From positions 1,302,001 to 1,366,000 of the forward strand of contig CM022678.1 in NCBI GenBank assembly GCA_012295275.1: a stretch of DNA of 64,000 nucleotides, in the 5' to 3' direction. The stretch comes from Chrysomallon squamiferum. Lineage: Eukaryota; Animalia; Mollusca. Every line of letters starts with the position of its first letter. Position 1 is the first letter of the stretch. A model generated the notes under the pieces. It was not told the DNA's origin and did no database searches. It saw only the letters and a list, made by a program, of their open reading frames with translations. The position numbers were made by a program, and so were the translations under genes. Below are positions 41,324 through 63,675 of the stretch, one piece after another.

Positions 41324-41627
41324 TGTTGTTGGTGATATTAGTATTATTATCATCATCATTTTTGTTGTTGTTGTTATTATTGTTGTTGTTGTTGTTGTTT
41401 TTCTCCTTATGATTTCATGTTCTTTTAGTGATTATTCTTATTAGTTTCCGCATTCTTTTGTCTTCTTCTCCTTCAGATTATTATTATTAAATTTAATTCT
41501 TCTAAACGAAGAAGAAAAAGAAAAAAAAAAAAAATGAAAAACAAAAACAAAAAAAGAAAGATAAAAGATAAAGAAATATTTATTTATTTATTTTATTTTA
41601 TTTTATTTTTTTATTTTTTTTTTTTTT

Positions 41628-41674
<47 letters not shown>

Positions 41675-41729
41675 CAAAGTTGATATGAAAGAAAAAACAC
41701 ACATAAAGTGGAGACAGAATGAAGAAGCA

Positions 41730-42062
<333 letters not shown>

Positions 42063-42446
42063 AAAGAGAGGTTTAAATAAAGCCAAAGATTCCCTCCCTA
42101 AAAACATTCTAGAACCTTCCTTGTGTACTGTAAACTAAGTAAGCAGAAACAAACACAACTCGGTGAAATACAGTTGTGTTTATTGAAAGGAGGAGATATC
42201 TCAATGGGATTAATATATTCAGTGATATCTCTGTATATCAAAAAGTTATGGGAATAATTTTGAAAGCAATATTTTATATATATATATATATATATAATAT
42301 TAATATTAATAATAATAATAATGCGACTTTGAGTCTTTAAAAAACTTTTCCTAAAGAAAAGTTTCGTACACACAAAACCATTCACAGATGCAAATGCACA
42401 TTCACGCACATGATCACGCACGTGCACGCTCCGATATATCGTACGA

Positions 42447-42769
42447 TGACGTCAGTCATTGCGAGAGAAGTAATGACGTCATTCGGGCCGCTGTGCCTTC
42501 TGCTATTAACAAAATTCATAGACGGTGTTTCTGATTACGTTTGACATTATACAAATTCTGCTGTTTTATCAAACATTTTTTTTTACAAGATACAATGAAC
42601 AAAATTTCGTACATCACTAAAGGATAACGCTACCATGACAAACGAAGAGGTAACTAGCTTATTTGTTTTAGATATGTATAAAATTATAAACTGCTGTGGT
42701 CCTAACATATATAATATACTACATAAGGCACCATACTTAATAAGGAAAACGAAGGTGGAAATGACGTCA
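42447..42769. promoter_or_regulatory. Cluster of three palindromic CRE (TGACGTCA) sites
   Basis: TGACGTCA at 42447, 42474 and 42762. Confidence 0.55.
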
Positions 42770-43029
42770 TCGCACCTGCTGTGTTTATGCAGGAGCATTT
42801 CTCTGACTGCCTGTTTTATTTATCACTGGTCATTTTTTTTTTTTTTTTTAATGTGTTCTTATGACAGACTGCTAAATGCTTGCAGCTGCTTTTATTTTAC
42901 GAATCAATTGTGAAGTATTTGCATTTTCAATTGAAGAAAGACGTAACTTTGACTGGACACCTGGTCAGATCCTGTATGTAAACAAACCATGGGTTTGTAT
43001 TGGGTATGTTCGATTTTTCTATCAGTCAT

Positions 43030-43067
<38 letters not shown>

Positions 43068-43622
43068 TGATTTCTTTTCCTTTCTTTCTTTCTTTCTTTC
43101 TTTCTTTTTTTTTGTTTTAATCTATTTTTTTATTTGTGTCTTGATACAAATTCAACGATTGTAAGCTGTAATAGGAAAAGTAGTGGTAGGAGCATTAATA
43201 GTAGTAGTAGCAGTAACAATAGTGGTACTAGTAATATTTTAGAAGCAGCAGTAGCAATACCAATAGTAGTAATATAATAATAATAGTAGTTGTTGCTGTA
43301 ATAACAGTAGTCGTAGTATAGCATTAATGGAAGAAGTAATTGTGATATTAGTGTTAGTTATAGCAATAGTAAAGGTAGTAGTACTTGTAGTTACAATAGC
43401 TGTAGTAATAGTATAGCAGTAGTAGTAAAAGTAGCAACAGTAATAATAATCGTTGTAATGGTAATAGTAGTAATAGAAAAACAGCAGTAGCAGTGATAGT
43501 AGTAGTAGAAAAACTGTAGCAGCAGTAATAGCAGTGGTAACAATAGTAACTATTTACTTAAAACATACAAGAGTTATCTCTCTTGTTAAATTTATAACGT
43601 TTCTCCTGGATCGCCATTACAT

Positions 43623-43654
<32 letters not shown>

Positions 43655-43911
43655 ATTTAATCCATACTGACACTCGCACACACGCATACATTATATATAT
43701 TAAAGCTGTTCTTGTTCATCAGAATATATTACCTGTATTTAATATATATTAGTGTTCGAAATTAGACTTTTGTAATGCTATTTTACGGAATTTTGGAGCG
43801 AAAATTAAATAATGGCGCATAATGCATATAAGTTACGTATTTAAATTCAGTTTTATATAACGCGCATTTCGAGTGGTTAATACAATAAAATAAAAAGGAA
43901 ATGAATTGAAA

Positions 43912-43951
<40 letters not shown>

Positions 43952-44371
43952 CAAAAAAAGTCGGTATTAATTATAGATTCCTTCACTCTCAGACTGCAAA
44001 ACGTAATTGTTATTTCTTGATTATTAGCGATGTTAAAAAAAGAAAAAACAGTAATGATAATAACTTGTATTTATCATTTCTAGGAAAACCTTGGCACAAA
44101 ATTATTGTTAATATTCGAACGTTTAGAACTTGTATTTTCACTATATAGTTAAAAAAAAAAAAAAAAAATCTGATTTCGATGCACTTAACCGTTAAATGAT
44201 CCGAAGAACCAAGAAATACGGGCGTTTCTGTTTTTGAATTAAAAATAATGTATAAAGCTACAAAATGTGTGGTCCGTGTTAATTTTAACCATACAGACAT
44301 CTGTCTTACCGTGTCAATACCTTTAAGTATATTGTATTTATTCTTATTTTTACAGATAAAAAAAATTATAC

Positions 44372-44407
<36 letters not shown>

Positions 44408-44687
44408 TTGCATTTTTGAAATTAGCAAGATTTGAAACCAGTTTTCAAAAATGGTCTTGAATTTTTCTTTTAACTTTAATTGGATAAATTATTCTGCATT
44501 TTGTAACTAACTGCATCCTTCAGATTTAAGGAGTTCCCGTTGACCATTTAAGGTTTTGTTCGCTGTTAGTCAGTTCCCAAGTTTGACGTAAATACTCCGC
44601 CTTGACAGTAAACTGGTTTTACTACATCAATTACCAAGCTTGTCCTCTCGGTAGGAATGCTATTGGTTACCGCCCCTGATTACGTGT

Positions 44688-44707
44688 ATTCTGGAAAGTT
44701 CTCGAAC
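44688..44707. promoter_or_regulatory. Perfect four-unit heat shock element upstream of BAG3-like
   Basis: aTTCtgGAAagTTCtcGAAc; BAG3 is an established HSF1 target. Confidence 0.8.
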
Positions 44708-44803
44708 GGTGGCGCTGTAATAGCTTTTCGTATACTATCTAAACAACTTACTGTAATTAACTGAACCACTTCAATCAAATTATTTTCAAAATAATCATTT
44801 TCA

Positions 44804-44858
<55 letters not shown>

Positions 44859-45281
44859 TTGTCCACAAACATATTTTAATAAATAAATAAATATTAAATA
44901 AATTTGATTGGGGGTCCACTACCAGAAAAAGCAGTAGTATTAAAAATTAATATGAAAAGCAACACACCTAAAAGCAATGTAAATAATTAAAACAATTATA
45001 TCATAGTGAATTTCTTTTTTCTCCACAAACGGGACAGTTTAACATATTTATTTACTTAAAATAAATACGAATAAGTAAGAAAGATATAAATGTCTTTAAT
45101 TGAATAAGTAAGAAAATTATCTGTTAAAAATGATTTAGAAAATATAACCAATAGAATAATTTTATTAGTCGAATAAAGTGCTGTTATTTATCTTAAAAAA
45201 TAAATAAATAAATAATAAAAAATAAATAAATAGCGCACTCATTCTAGCAATATGAATGTAATGTTTAGAATATAGTTTACT

Positions 45282-45316
45282 TTTCCGGAATATCAGCGAA
45301 GATTCGAGAGTTTTCT
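45282..45316. promoter_or_regulatory. Proximal heat shock element(s)
   Basis: TTCcgGAA and GAAgaTTCgaGAGttTTC, 50-80 bp before the ATG. Confidence 0.6.
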
Positions 45317-45361
45317 GGCTGCACTGAGCCGTGGGTTGACATATTTAAAGCTGTGAGAAAA

Positions 45362-47305
45362 ATGTCTGGTTATCCAATATATCCACCGTATAACCCTTCG
45401 TTTCTTCGGAGCGATCCGTTACCGCAAGGTTGGGAAATGTTGTACGATAGAGGTTCAGGAATGCCATACTTCGTTGATCACAACACGCAAAATACAACTT
45501 GGAACGACCCACGTATATCTATGCCTATGGTAAGTGTCGCCCAGACTCGCTGTCATCTGAAGCGTTTGACGGCAAACCAGTATATTAACTTTATTAGTTA
45601 GTTAAAACTCGGGCAGCTTAGAAATCTCACTTTATATTTTCCTCGAGAACACCAGTTTACTTGGATCTTGATAAACTGTAAATGATTATGATCATAAACT
45701 ACTGCTCCTACTGCTAGTACCACTAGTAATAATGATTTATTGTGATCCAAAGTAGCAGAACTGAGAAATAGTGATATACGTTAATTATTAATCAGTTAAA
45801 CTTTATTATAAACGTAGATAATTTAATTAAAGTCTTTAGGTTGACAATCTGGATAATAATAATAATAATAATCATTAATAATAATAATAATAATAATATT
45901 CTGTTATAATTAAATCATTTATTATTTATAAAAGTTATTTCCTTGTCTTGTAAAATATTTACATAAAAATGCAAATTTTTGTTAAAGTTATAAAAAAATA
46001 CTATAACTGTAAACATTCTGTGAAATGCAGCGAAAAAATATTTTATTTTATTTATTTATTTACTGCAGTTATAAACATTTTTTTAATTGACATCTATAGA
46101 TGGCCCTCTCAATCTTATTATTAATTGTTATAGTTACTAAAGAGTATGTTCTTACAGTCAGTGCCAACTGGAAGCTATCCAGGAGTGAGGACCGTTGAGA
46201 TTCCAGTTATCCATGAAAGTTCAAAACCATCTGGACATGAAAATAGTCAGAGGACAAACCCTCAGTACACAAGTACTTGGCCACCTGAAAACCAAAGTCA
46301 AGGTCAGTCTAGTCAGTATCCACAACAGCAGTATCCACAAGCAACAACAGCAGTATCCACAAGAACAACAACAGCAGTATCCACAAGAACAACAACAGTA
46401 TCCACAGCAACAGCAGCAGCAGTATCCACAACAGCAACAGCAGCAACAACAGTATCCACAACATCAGCAGGGACAGTTTCAGCGGCCACAGGAGAAAGGA
46501 GTTCCACGTGTGAGGGAAATTCCTGTCCAGAGGTCAGACCGAGTGAGTCCAGGGAGGGGCCGTCGCTACCCCGGGTCTGCTGGGTACCCGTACTCGGAGG
46601 TGAGAGCAAACCACCAGCCGGCCGTGGAGCCGATCCACATCCCCATACGTCGCGAGGATGGCCGGCCCATCAACACGTTCGCCAGAATGGGACCTCAGCC
46701 CGTTCCTCATTACAGCAGCAGCAGCAGCATCGAGGAGAAGGAAGGCGAAAGGAAATCATCTCCGCAGCCGCAAAAGCCACAGAAAACTGCCGAGGAGAGG
46801 AACACAGAGATCATCGAGGGAGTTGTGAACACCGTCAAAGACCTCGAAGCGAAGGTGAACGTCTTCAGAGGACTGAAGGTGGACAAGGAGTACAAGTACC
46901 TGGAGGAGATGCTCACTCGCTGCCTCATCCAGCTCGACTCCGTGGAGGCCGGGAACCACGAGAAGATCAGACAAGCTCGCAAACAGGCCGTCCGAATGAT
47001 CCAGACGGCTCTGGACCTGCTCGAGCTGAAAGCTCAGGGCGTACGCACAAAACAACGAGCAGCAGACAGACAGGCCGTCTGGAGAGACGTCTCAGAATCC
47101 AGATGACGGCAACAGTAAAATGATGGAGAGTGAAGAGTCGAACAATTCCAGTAAACAGGCAGAAGAAACCAAACAGGAGACACATGAAAATAAAATGGAA
47201 ACGGAGGAGTCTGGTACTTCAGAAACCAAGGAGCAGCGGTCAGGAGATGCAAAGGATCCTAGTTCGGTTAAAGAGATGCAGTTGGATAGCGAAGTGTCTT
47301 GTTAA
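45362..47305 (+). CDS. BAG3: BAG family co-chaperone BAG3-like (WW, IPV motifs, QYPQ repeats, BAG domain), with two apparent +1 frameshifts
   Basis: Exon 45362-45529 carries the WW domain [32 protein letters not shown], then a gtaagt donor. Exon 46158-47305 has EIPV motifs and the BAG domain [40 protein letters not shown]. The frame changes near 46340 and 47038. Confidence 0.9.
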
Positions 47306-50300
47306 TGAGTGACGCAAATTGATCTCGCTCTGCCATGTTTTATATATATATGTATATATAACGATTGTCTTATTATTATTAATTTTATTATTATTATTAT
47401 TATTATTATAAGGTCTTCAAGCCTGAAAATCGGTTGAGCCATCTTGTTATTGTTAAAGTTAATACTGTTGCACCATAACTTCAACAAAATGATGAACAAA
47501 AGTGGCTGTATTAGCTAGAAGAATTTGATGCTTTAATCGCAAACTTCCAAAAGAAATGACACAATTAATGTAATTTATATATAATGGGTGGAATAATTGT
47601 GAATTCAAATATTTATTTGTTTTTGTGGGGAAAAATGTGATTTTTAAAAACCATTTTTTTTTTTTTTTTTTAATTTTGAACCCTCAAGTAATTCCAAATG
47701 TTTAAAAAAAAAAAGGTTGTGTAAATCTTGACATATAAGTTTTACAAAGCATGTGAAGAAAGTGATAAAATATTAAATGGTGGGTTTTCATCTTGTTTGT
47801 TCAAAGCCACTGCTATTTACACCGCTGAACACAAGTTTGCATAATTACTAATTAGATAATTTATTTTCATTTTTAAATGTGAAGAAAAAATTGTTATTTT
47901 TTAAAAAGATTACTGTATTTCGGTTTTGAGGTGGGTTTTTTTTTTACATTTGAGAGTGCAGAAGAAGAAAAAACTTTGGTAGCATAATTTTGAAGTAATA
48001 AATTTGCAGTCATTTCAAGAAATAGAAAAAATGCTTCTGATATAAACATGCTAGTGTATAAGACAAAAATTCTTACACCATATTAGTGTAATTTTTGGTA
48101 ATTGAAATTGTATAATCAGCCCTCCTAAAAACAAATGTATCTTTATGTACTACTGTCTTTCAGACAATTTCTGTTGGTGCATGGTTGTATTAAACACAGT
48201 ATGTTAGTTAATTGTTCTTAAAATGGAGAAGTGTTAACCTAATTCTCAGAACAAGAAATTTGAAAACATTTTAGTAGTTGTATAATAGGAGGCAGTAGTA
48301 GCACATGTTTAAATTGGATTTTGAAAATATAATTAATAATTATTATTTTATTTTTTTATTTTTTTTATTAATAATTTTTTTTTTTTTTATTATTTATGTA
48401 TGTATGTATTTATTTTTTTTTTATTGTAAAATTTGTCTTACTCTGATTGGAACATAGAAATATAATATATAGATAAGAGATGGTTTTAAAATTAATGTTT
48501 TTGTTTGTAAATTGTTAAAACTGATCATAACACATCAGTGTCTTGTTTAGTTTGAGCGTGTAAAACCAGCAGTGATAAATTTGCACCATGATTTCTTATT
48601 TTGCTCCTGAAAATGTGTTCGGTTAAATTGTTTGTTCATGATAAACTAATTTTGTTGTTAAATTTTTTTTACTATTTTTATTTTTTTTTTCCTTCCATAT
48701 GAAAATGACTGTGTCTAATCTGAGGCAGTTCAGTTTGAGATTCAGTTTCAGCAAATATTGCCATTTTAAAACAAATCTGAAATTTTTTTTTTTTTTTTTC
48801 CTTCCCAACAGGCACCTGCAGTGTGTAAACAGAAATTTAAAGTTGAGATTTAAAAGCATAAGAATGATAACTGGATATATAATTTCTTGTTTTTATTTGC
48901 ATATATGATGCAACTATTCCGTTTGTACTTAAATCTTCAAAGAAATGTTTTTTTTGTTTCTTTTTTGTTTTTTTAAATATATATTCTTCTCAGAATGAAT
49001 AACTTAATTAATCTCACTGAAATTGTTTATAAGTCACTTGTATGTAAATACTGACCTGGGGAAAATAACAACATAGAAAATTAATCAATGTTATTTTGAT
49101 TTAATGTTTGTATAACTAATACTTGGTGTTAATGGCTTTGTAGACTATTTGTTTTATATAGTTGTACCAGCATGTTTTGACGTAGATACCTACACAAGTG
49201 TACATACATGTATAAATAACAGATGTAGTCATTTCTCTTTCAAGTGCCATCATTATTGTTTTTATGTTTGCAGTGGTGTAATAGCATAACCAATATCGAG
49301 TGAATTTATTAAAATGTTTTAATAGCTTTGTAGTGCAGTCTAAATCCTTTTGTGAGGGTTTTGAGAGGCATTTTATTTATTTATTTATTCTCATAATTTT
49401 AACTAATCTGGGGAACTTGTCGTTGTAAATTTTGAATTTTAATTGTTTGAAATATAAGGCAAACTGGACTATTAAAATAATTTTTTTTACAGAATTTCCA
49501 ATTTGTATGAGACAAAGAATTATTTTTTACTCGATAGATTGACAAGACATGGTTGAATACAAACCAATTTTTAAAATAATGTTCATCTTTAGGTATATGA
49601 ATCTATGTGAAATTTTCATTGAGAAATCTAATGTAATATATTTATTTTCTAATATTGTTTATCTTTACAGATAAAGATGTATTCGAAATGTACTTAAAGA
49701 AATGTAATGCATTTATTTATTTATTTATAAATTTAGTTACTGTTTATAGTGGTTTATTTATTGATTTATATTTACATGCGGCATAACAGAAAGTGATCTG
49801 TTAAGTGTTTAGTTTGGACACTTTTAAGTGTTTTGAATAATTATTAAAATTTGGTGCAGATACAGAAAAAACTAAATGTAAAAAGGAAAAATTTGAAATA
49901 CCTTTGAGATGAAACCCACAGCAGGTACTGGCAACAGATTCTGTGAGAAATTTATCAAAAGATTCATCCTTTATTTGGCTCAAAGTTCCTACATAAGTAC
50001 CTCTGCTCAAAATGTGTTTTCTATTTTCAGCTGTTATTGTTACTTTTGAGCTAATATGCTTTTTTAATCTTCATAAATTTTAGTTTTATTATTATTATTA
50101 TTATTTTTAATACATCATTTTTAAGCTGAATTTTTGTTATCACAATTTAACTCCAAAACCATTTCTTACTTTCCAAAGTGTCTTTAGATTGAAATCTGAT
50201 AATAATAATGTTTTATTAGTAGGAAAGACAAATACAGCCTTTGAAAATTCATTCTTGTTGAAGGTTTGTGGTGAAAAGACAGTTGACTGGAGGAACCAAT

Positions 50301-51324
50301 GTCTCAAGTCACTGTGTTGTTTCAGTTTGTTTACTGTACATATTCCATGTTGCTTTTTTATTTCCACTTTTTACCCTGTAGTTCTGACATGAGACTTGTG
50401 CACTTGTTTGTATATTTGTTTTTCAGTTAAGAAATTTAATTAACATAGAAAATAAAACAAATCAGTATTGTGGAGTTTTTGTGATTTTTAAAAAAAAAAA
50501 AATTCAATATGATTATCGTTTTTTTTTTTTTTTTTATTTAAAAAATGACAATAAATATATCTTGTATTAAAGATATGTAAATACTGATTAAATGTTTTGT
50601 AATTAAAAACTATTAAAATGGTTTATGAGCATAATAACATTAATTTTAGAAAGTTGAATACCATTAAAGAGAAAATGTGATGGAACACAGGTACACAATA
50701 TTAAAACTTGATATATTTGGTGTCTGTTGTAAATTTAATTTTGAGTGTTTGCTGACAAAAATCAGTTTAGAAAATTTAAAAAAAAATACTTTTTATATTT
50801 ATTTATTTATTTTTTGTTTTAAAACATCTAGTCTGGATCAACTTAGATTTCATTTTGAAATTTGATTAATGAGTGCAATCAAAAAATAAAAAATATGTAC
50901 ATAGTGTGTCTGTGTGTGCATGTCTATATACATACATATTATTCACTTCTCAATTTATGAAGAACAAATTAGAACATATATTTTACGAAGTCCATAAGAA
51001 AAACAAATCTATTTAATAAAAAACCAATTGTTTTGTTTTCGTAACAAATTTACAGAAAAGAGTGCCATTTTTACAAAATTACGCTGAAAATATAATTAAC
51101 TCCCAAGTTAAAAGTATAAGCTGAAATTTACACAACAGCAGAACATTTTTATTTTGGTGGCATTTTCCTGAAAAGTATCATACATCCAAACAGCCTGTAG
51201 CATAAGAAGTGTTACTGGTTAAACATAATTAAATAGTTTATTAAATAGTTGTCTGTCAGTATAAGGCAGTATGTATTTGGCTTTATTTAAAATAATAATA
51301 ATAATAATAATAATAGTAGTAGTA

Positions 51325-51375
<51 letters not shown>

Positions 51376-54300
51376 TTGTACTTGATTTACCCAGTCTGAG
51401 ATTTTTGATCTTACTGTTGATTTTTCTCATTAAATGAAGACAAATCTGACAACATAAAAGTAACTCTCTGGTAAATATAATTTGTGAGTGCTAAAAATGC
51501 AAATTCCCCTCCTGCCTTGTTCATTTGCAAAATGTCAAAAGTGAATTTACAAAATAATTAAACTGTTTATTTTAATGATATATTTAGTGTTCATAATGTT
51601 TTGTACAAAATGCTTGTTTTTTTTTTAATTTTAGCCTGTCAAATAACTAGCTGAAGAAAAACCCAGTGTAATGAATTCTTCCTGTCCACAAGTGGTCACA
51701 CTTCTTTCAGATTCCTTGCTTCAATCTGTAGGAGTAACCAAAATAATAGAAATGGCTTTTGTTTCATATTTTACAAAACCATATTTTTTACCAAACTGTT
51801 GCTAAATATTATTATGGATGTATGTAAACATATATAAAATTAAACTTTTTATTTAATGTATGTGTTATTATTATTTAAAAATTTTAACAATTAAAAACAA
51901 CAGAGAGAGAAGTGGTAGTAAATATTTAGTTTTATTTATGTCAGATATATACATTTCCCACACAAAAGTAACATAACCAACATGTACACTAGTTTAGAAA
52001 AATCAGAAAAGACAATCTGAGCAAATAATTTGTAATTTTTTAATTTCTTTGTTAAAAAAAACTAACAAAAATTGTGTCATAATTTTATGGTTTATTAATT
52101 ATATAAAAAAATAAAAAGAATCATATGCAACAATAACTGGTTTTGCTAATTGTAAGCATGATTATAAAGCATAGCATGAAGCTAAAACTTTGTTCAGACA
52201 TTCGTTGCTCTGACACTAAAACTGAAAAGTGATAGCTGATACCTGAGAGGGGGTGAAAACCCATTATTTTGCAGATAGTAATAAATATTTTTATGGCACA
52301 TATGAAGAAGAGAAAATTCAGGTTTTTAAAACTTTTTGAACAGGTAAAAAGTTTCTGAACTAATGAAAAAAAAAAAAAAAAAAATCTAATTTTAGAACTA
52401 AACAAAGTGACTCATTAGTTTATGTTACAAGTAATGTTTTGCCAATAATTAAGCTGCAATTTAACAAAATCTAAACAACAAGAAGAATTATTAATATAAT
52501 CCAGATTTTTAATACATGGAAATTTGTAAAATATATATTTACTTTTTCCTAAATCAGCTACAGAATCATTTAGCTTTAAAACAGAATCATAATCAAAACA
52601 TCCCTAAAATGATTTTGTAATAGTAAATTAATAACTGTTTCTTATTTTATATGTGTGTGTGTGTGTGTGTGTAAAATAAAACTTGAGTTAATGTTTTTGA
52701 AAAAGAAAACGTCTAAGCACTATAAAACAGTTTCACATCAGAGAAGACAAGTTACATAACTGAAAAAAAGATGTTCCTCAAGATTCATTTCTGCAAACAT
52801 TTAATATCACTTTTAAACCTTAATTTTTTTTTTCTATTTATAAAATAAAACAAATTCCCATTTAAAAAAGTAAAATTTTAAACCTGTATTTATTATTCAT
52901 TCTCGATAAATAAACTAGATGTCATGTCACCATGTTGATATGCAAGTAAAATGAAAATTTAGATCCATTATTTTGTCAGAATGTTAAACAAAATCTGACA
53001 AAATATAAAACTTCAAAATGTTTTTGGATATTTTTAAATAATGAAAATGAATTATTAATTAAAAAATTCTCTAATTTATTTACTTCTTATTTATTTATTT
53101 TATTTATTTATTTTTGTTTTGGGCTTCTAATATCCAAATCCAAAGAATGGAAAATAAAAAATGTTCTCACCTCAAATTTTTCCAGTCAAATATTTTAATA
53201 ATGGAATATTATTTATTTTAATTTTGTTTTAATTTCATACAACATAATTAACATGGCAATAAATTTTATCCTTTACAAATCAATTAGAATATTTTTAAAC
53301 GCAAATGATTCCATTTTATCAAATGAGAAAGTAAAATTATCAAAATGCTTTGAATATCAAAAAATAAAATGAGAATTTTTTCATTGATAATTTCACACTG
53401 GTTCTATTTAGATTACTAAAAGAACTGAGAACATTCAGTTGTAACAAGTCCAAATCTGCTGCTAATTATGTGAGATTCTCTGAGAGAACTGTGGTTGTCA
53501 TAGCAACAAACATACTTTCAATTAACATTCACCTCAAAAAGAAAAATCTAGAAATAGCATTATCTATTAAGATAGCAAAGAAAAGACATAATTGCTCAGA
53601 AACACAAGTTTTTTTTTTTGTTTGTTTTTTTTTCTACCAAAAATGAAAATGACAATGATTATTTGTCAGACAAAGTCAGAACTGGATTTATTGTTTGCTT
53701 GCGGTAGTCAATACAATTCCACAAGACCATCTCACTTTATTCAATTTCAGTCCTTTTTTTTTTTACATTCCAGTTTGGTTACGGTGCCTGTAAACTGAAA
53801 TGGGAAAAAAAGAAAAAGAAAGTGAGTTAAATTATTTTCATTCTGTAACTGTAAAACAAAGCAAATTCAACAGTCTAGTTTTCAGCTGTCCAGTCTTGAC
53901 TAATAATAAAAGTTTAAAAATATGTGGACACCATCATGTTTCTGTAGTCATTCAGGGCAGACGTGTTTGCTGTGAAAAATACAGCAGTCAGTTTGACCTT
54001 CATTTGATGACATCACTAACCCAATCATATACATGATACAGAAGTCAAAATGGAGGTCTTCGTATGTTCTGTAATCTTGAAGTATGAAATAATAACCTTG
54101 AATTATAAACAATTTTATTAAATTATTCATTTATGAAGCTCCAGATTTTTGTAATCTACAAACATGCGAGAATTTGCCTTTAATGAAAGAATGTTCCCTG
54201 GTTAAGATAACTAGCAAATTATAAATATTGCCAAAATGTTGAGTTTCATGTAAGATGCAAAATATTTAATCTCTCCAGACTTGAAACCTCAAATTAAAGA

Positions 54301-54737
54301 TTTAAAAAAAAAAAAAAAATCCTATCCATTTTAGCCAGTGGTCCAATACTTGTGTAAATAAACGTAACTGAATAATTTCTTCTACGAATAACTCCATTAG
54401 TTTTTTTTGTCAATCTCTGAGATACTTGTTACTCACAAACCTTGATGCATGCATGACAAATCTGACCTGATTCAACTAAAGGAGACGCATGCTGCTTGTC
54501 CTCATTGTTAAACTTACCAAGTGCATGAGCAGGTTTTGAGTAGCAAATGTATGTCCTTATGATTGTTCTTCAGCAGTAAACATTACCTCAATACCTATTA
54601 TTATTATTGTTGTATATTTGTTAACATCATCATTGTTCTACAAGCTCAATTACTCAAAATAAGTCATGTCACATGGGTAACCTTTACCCAGGTAACATAA
54701 TTATGTATAAAGGTATGAAATATTTTGTACCTGAGAC

Positions 54738-62152
<7,415 letters not shown>

Positions 62153-62162
<10 letters not shown>

Positions 62163-63675
62163 CTGTGACACAAATTATATAAAACTATGATACCACTTTA
62201 CCAAGGGTCATAAATTATATAAAACTATGATACCACCCTGTCCACAAATTATATAAAACTATGATACCACCCTGTCCACAAATTATATAAAACTATGATA
62301 CCACCCTGTCCACAAATTATATAAAACTATGATACCACCCTGTCCACAAATTATATAAAACTATGATACCATCCCTGTCAAATTATATAAAACTATGAAA
62401 TTATATAAAAAAACTATGATACCACCCTGTCCACAAATTATATAAAACTATATAAAACTATATATACCCACCCTGTCCACAAATTATATAAAACTATGAT
62501 ACCACAAAATTATATAAAACTATGATACCACCCTGTCCACAAATTATATAAAACTATGATACCACCCTGTCCACAAATTATATAAAACTATGATACCACC
62601 CTGTCCACAAATTATATAAAACAATCAACTATGATACCACCCTGTCCACAAATTATATAAAACTATGATACCACCCTGTCCACAAATTATATAAAACTAT
62701 GATACCACCCTGTCCACAAATTATATAAAACTATGATACCACCCTGTCCACAAATTATATAAACCCTGTCCACAAATTATATAAAACTATGATACCACCC
62801 TGTCCACAAATTATATAAAACTATGATACCACCCTGTCCACAAATTATATAAAACTATCATACAAATTATATAAAACTATGATACCACCCTGTCCACAAA
62901 TTATATAAAACTATGATACCACCCTTGTCATAAATTATATAAAACTATCATACAAATTATATAAAACTATGATACCACCCTGTCCACAAATTATATAAAA
63001 CTATGATACCACCCTGTCCACAAATTATATAAAACTATGATACCACCCTGTCCACAAATTATATAAAACTATGATACCACCCTGTCACTCAAATTATATA
63101 AAACTATGATACCACCCTGTGACACAAATTATATAAAACTATGATACCACCCTGTCACACAAATTATATAAAACTATGATACCACCCTGTGACACAAATT
63201 ATATAAAACTATGATACCACCCTGTCACACAAATTATATAAAACTATGATACCACCCTGTGACACAAATTATATAAAACTATGATACCACCCTGTGACAC
63301 AAATTATATAAAACTATGATACCATCCTGTCACACAAATTATATAAAACTATGATACCATCCTGTCACACAAATTATATAAAACTATGATACCACCCTGT
63401 GACACAAATTATATAAAACAATGATACCACCCTGTGACACAAATTATATAAAACTATGATACCACCCTGTGACACAAATTATATAAAACTATGATACCAC
63501 CCTGTGACACAAATGATATAAAACTATCATACAAATTATATAAAACTATGATACCACCCTGTGACACAAATTATATAAAACTATGATACCACCCTGTGAC
63601 ACAAATTATATAAAACAATGATACCACCCTGTGACACAAATTATATAAAACTATCATACAAATTATATAAAACTA
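62153..63675. repeat. 34-35-bp minisatellite, about 40 copies, containing the SDHA intron/exon junction
   Basis: Unit tgataccaccctgt(ga/ca/c)cacaaattatataaaacta; on the minus strand ...gtcacag/GGTGGTATCA. Confidence 0.95.

Noticed and set aside
46313-47252. Minus-strand ORFs over BAG3-like exon 2
   Set aside because: Antisense shadows of a GC-rich coding exon
53760-54735. Possible SDHA 3' UTR intron (donor 7 nt after the stop, acceptor near 53786)
   Set aside because: Splice-like motifs only; cannot be supported without RNA data
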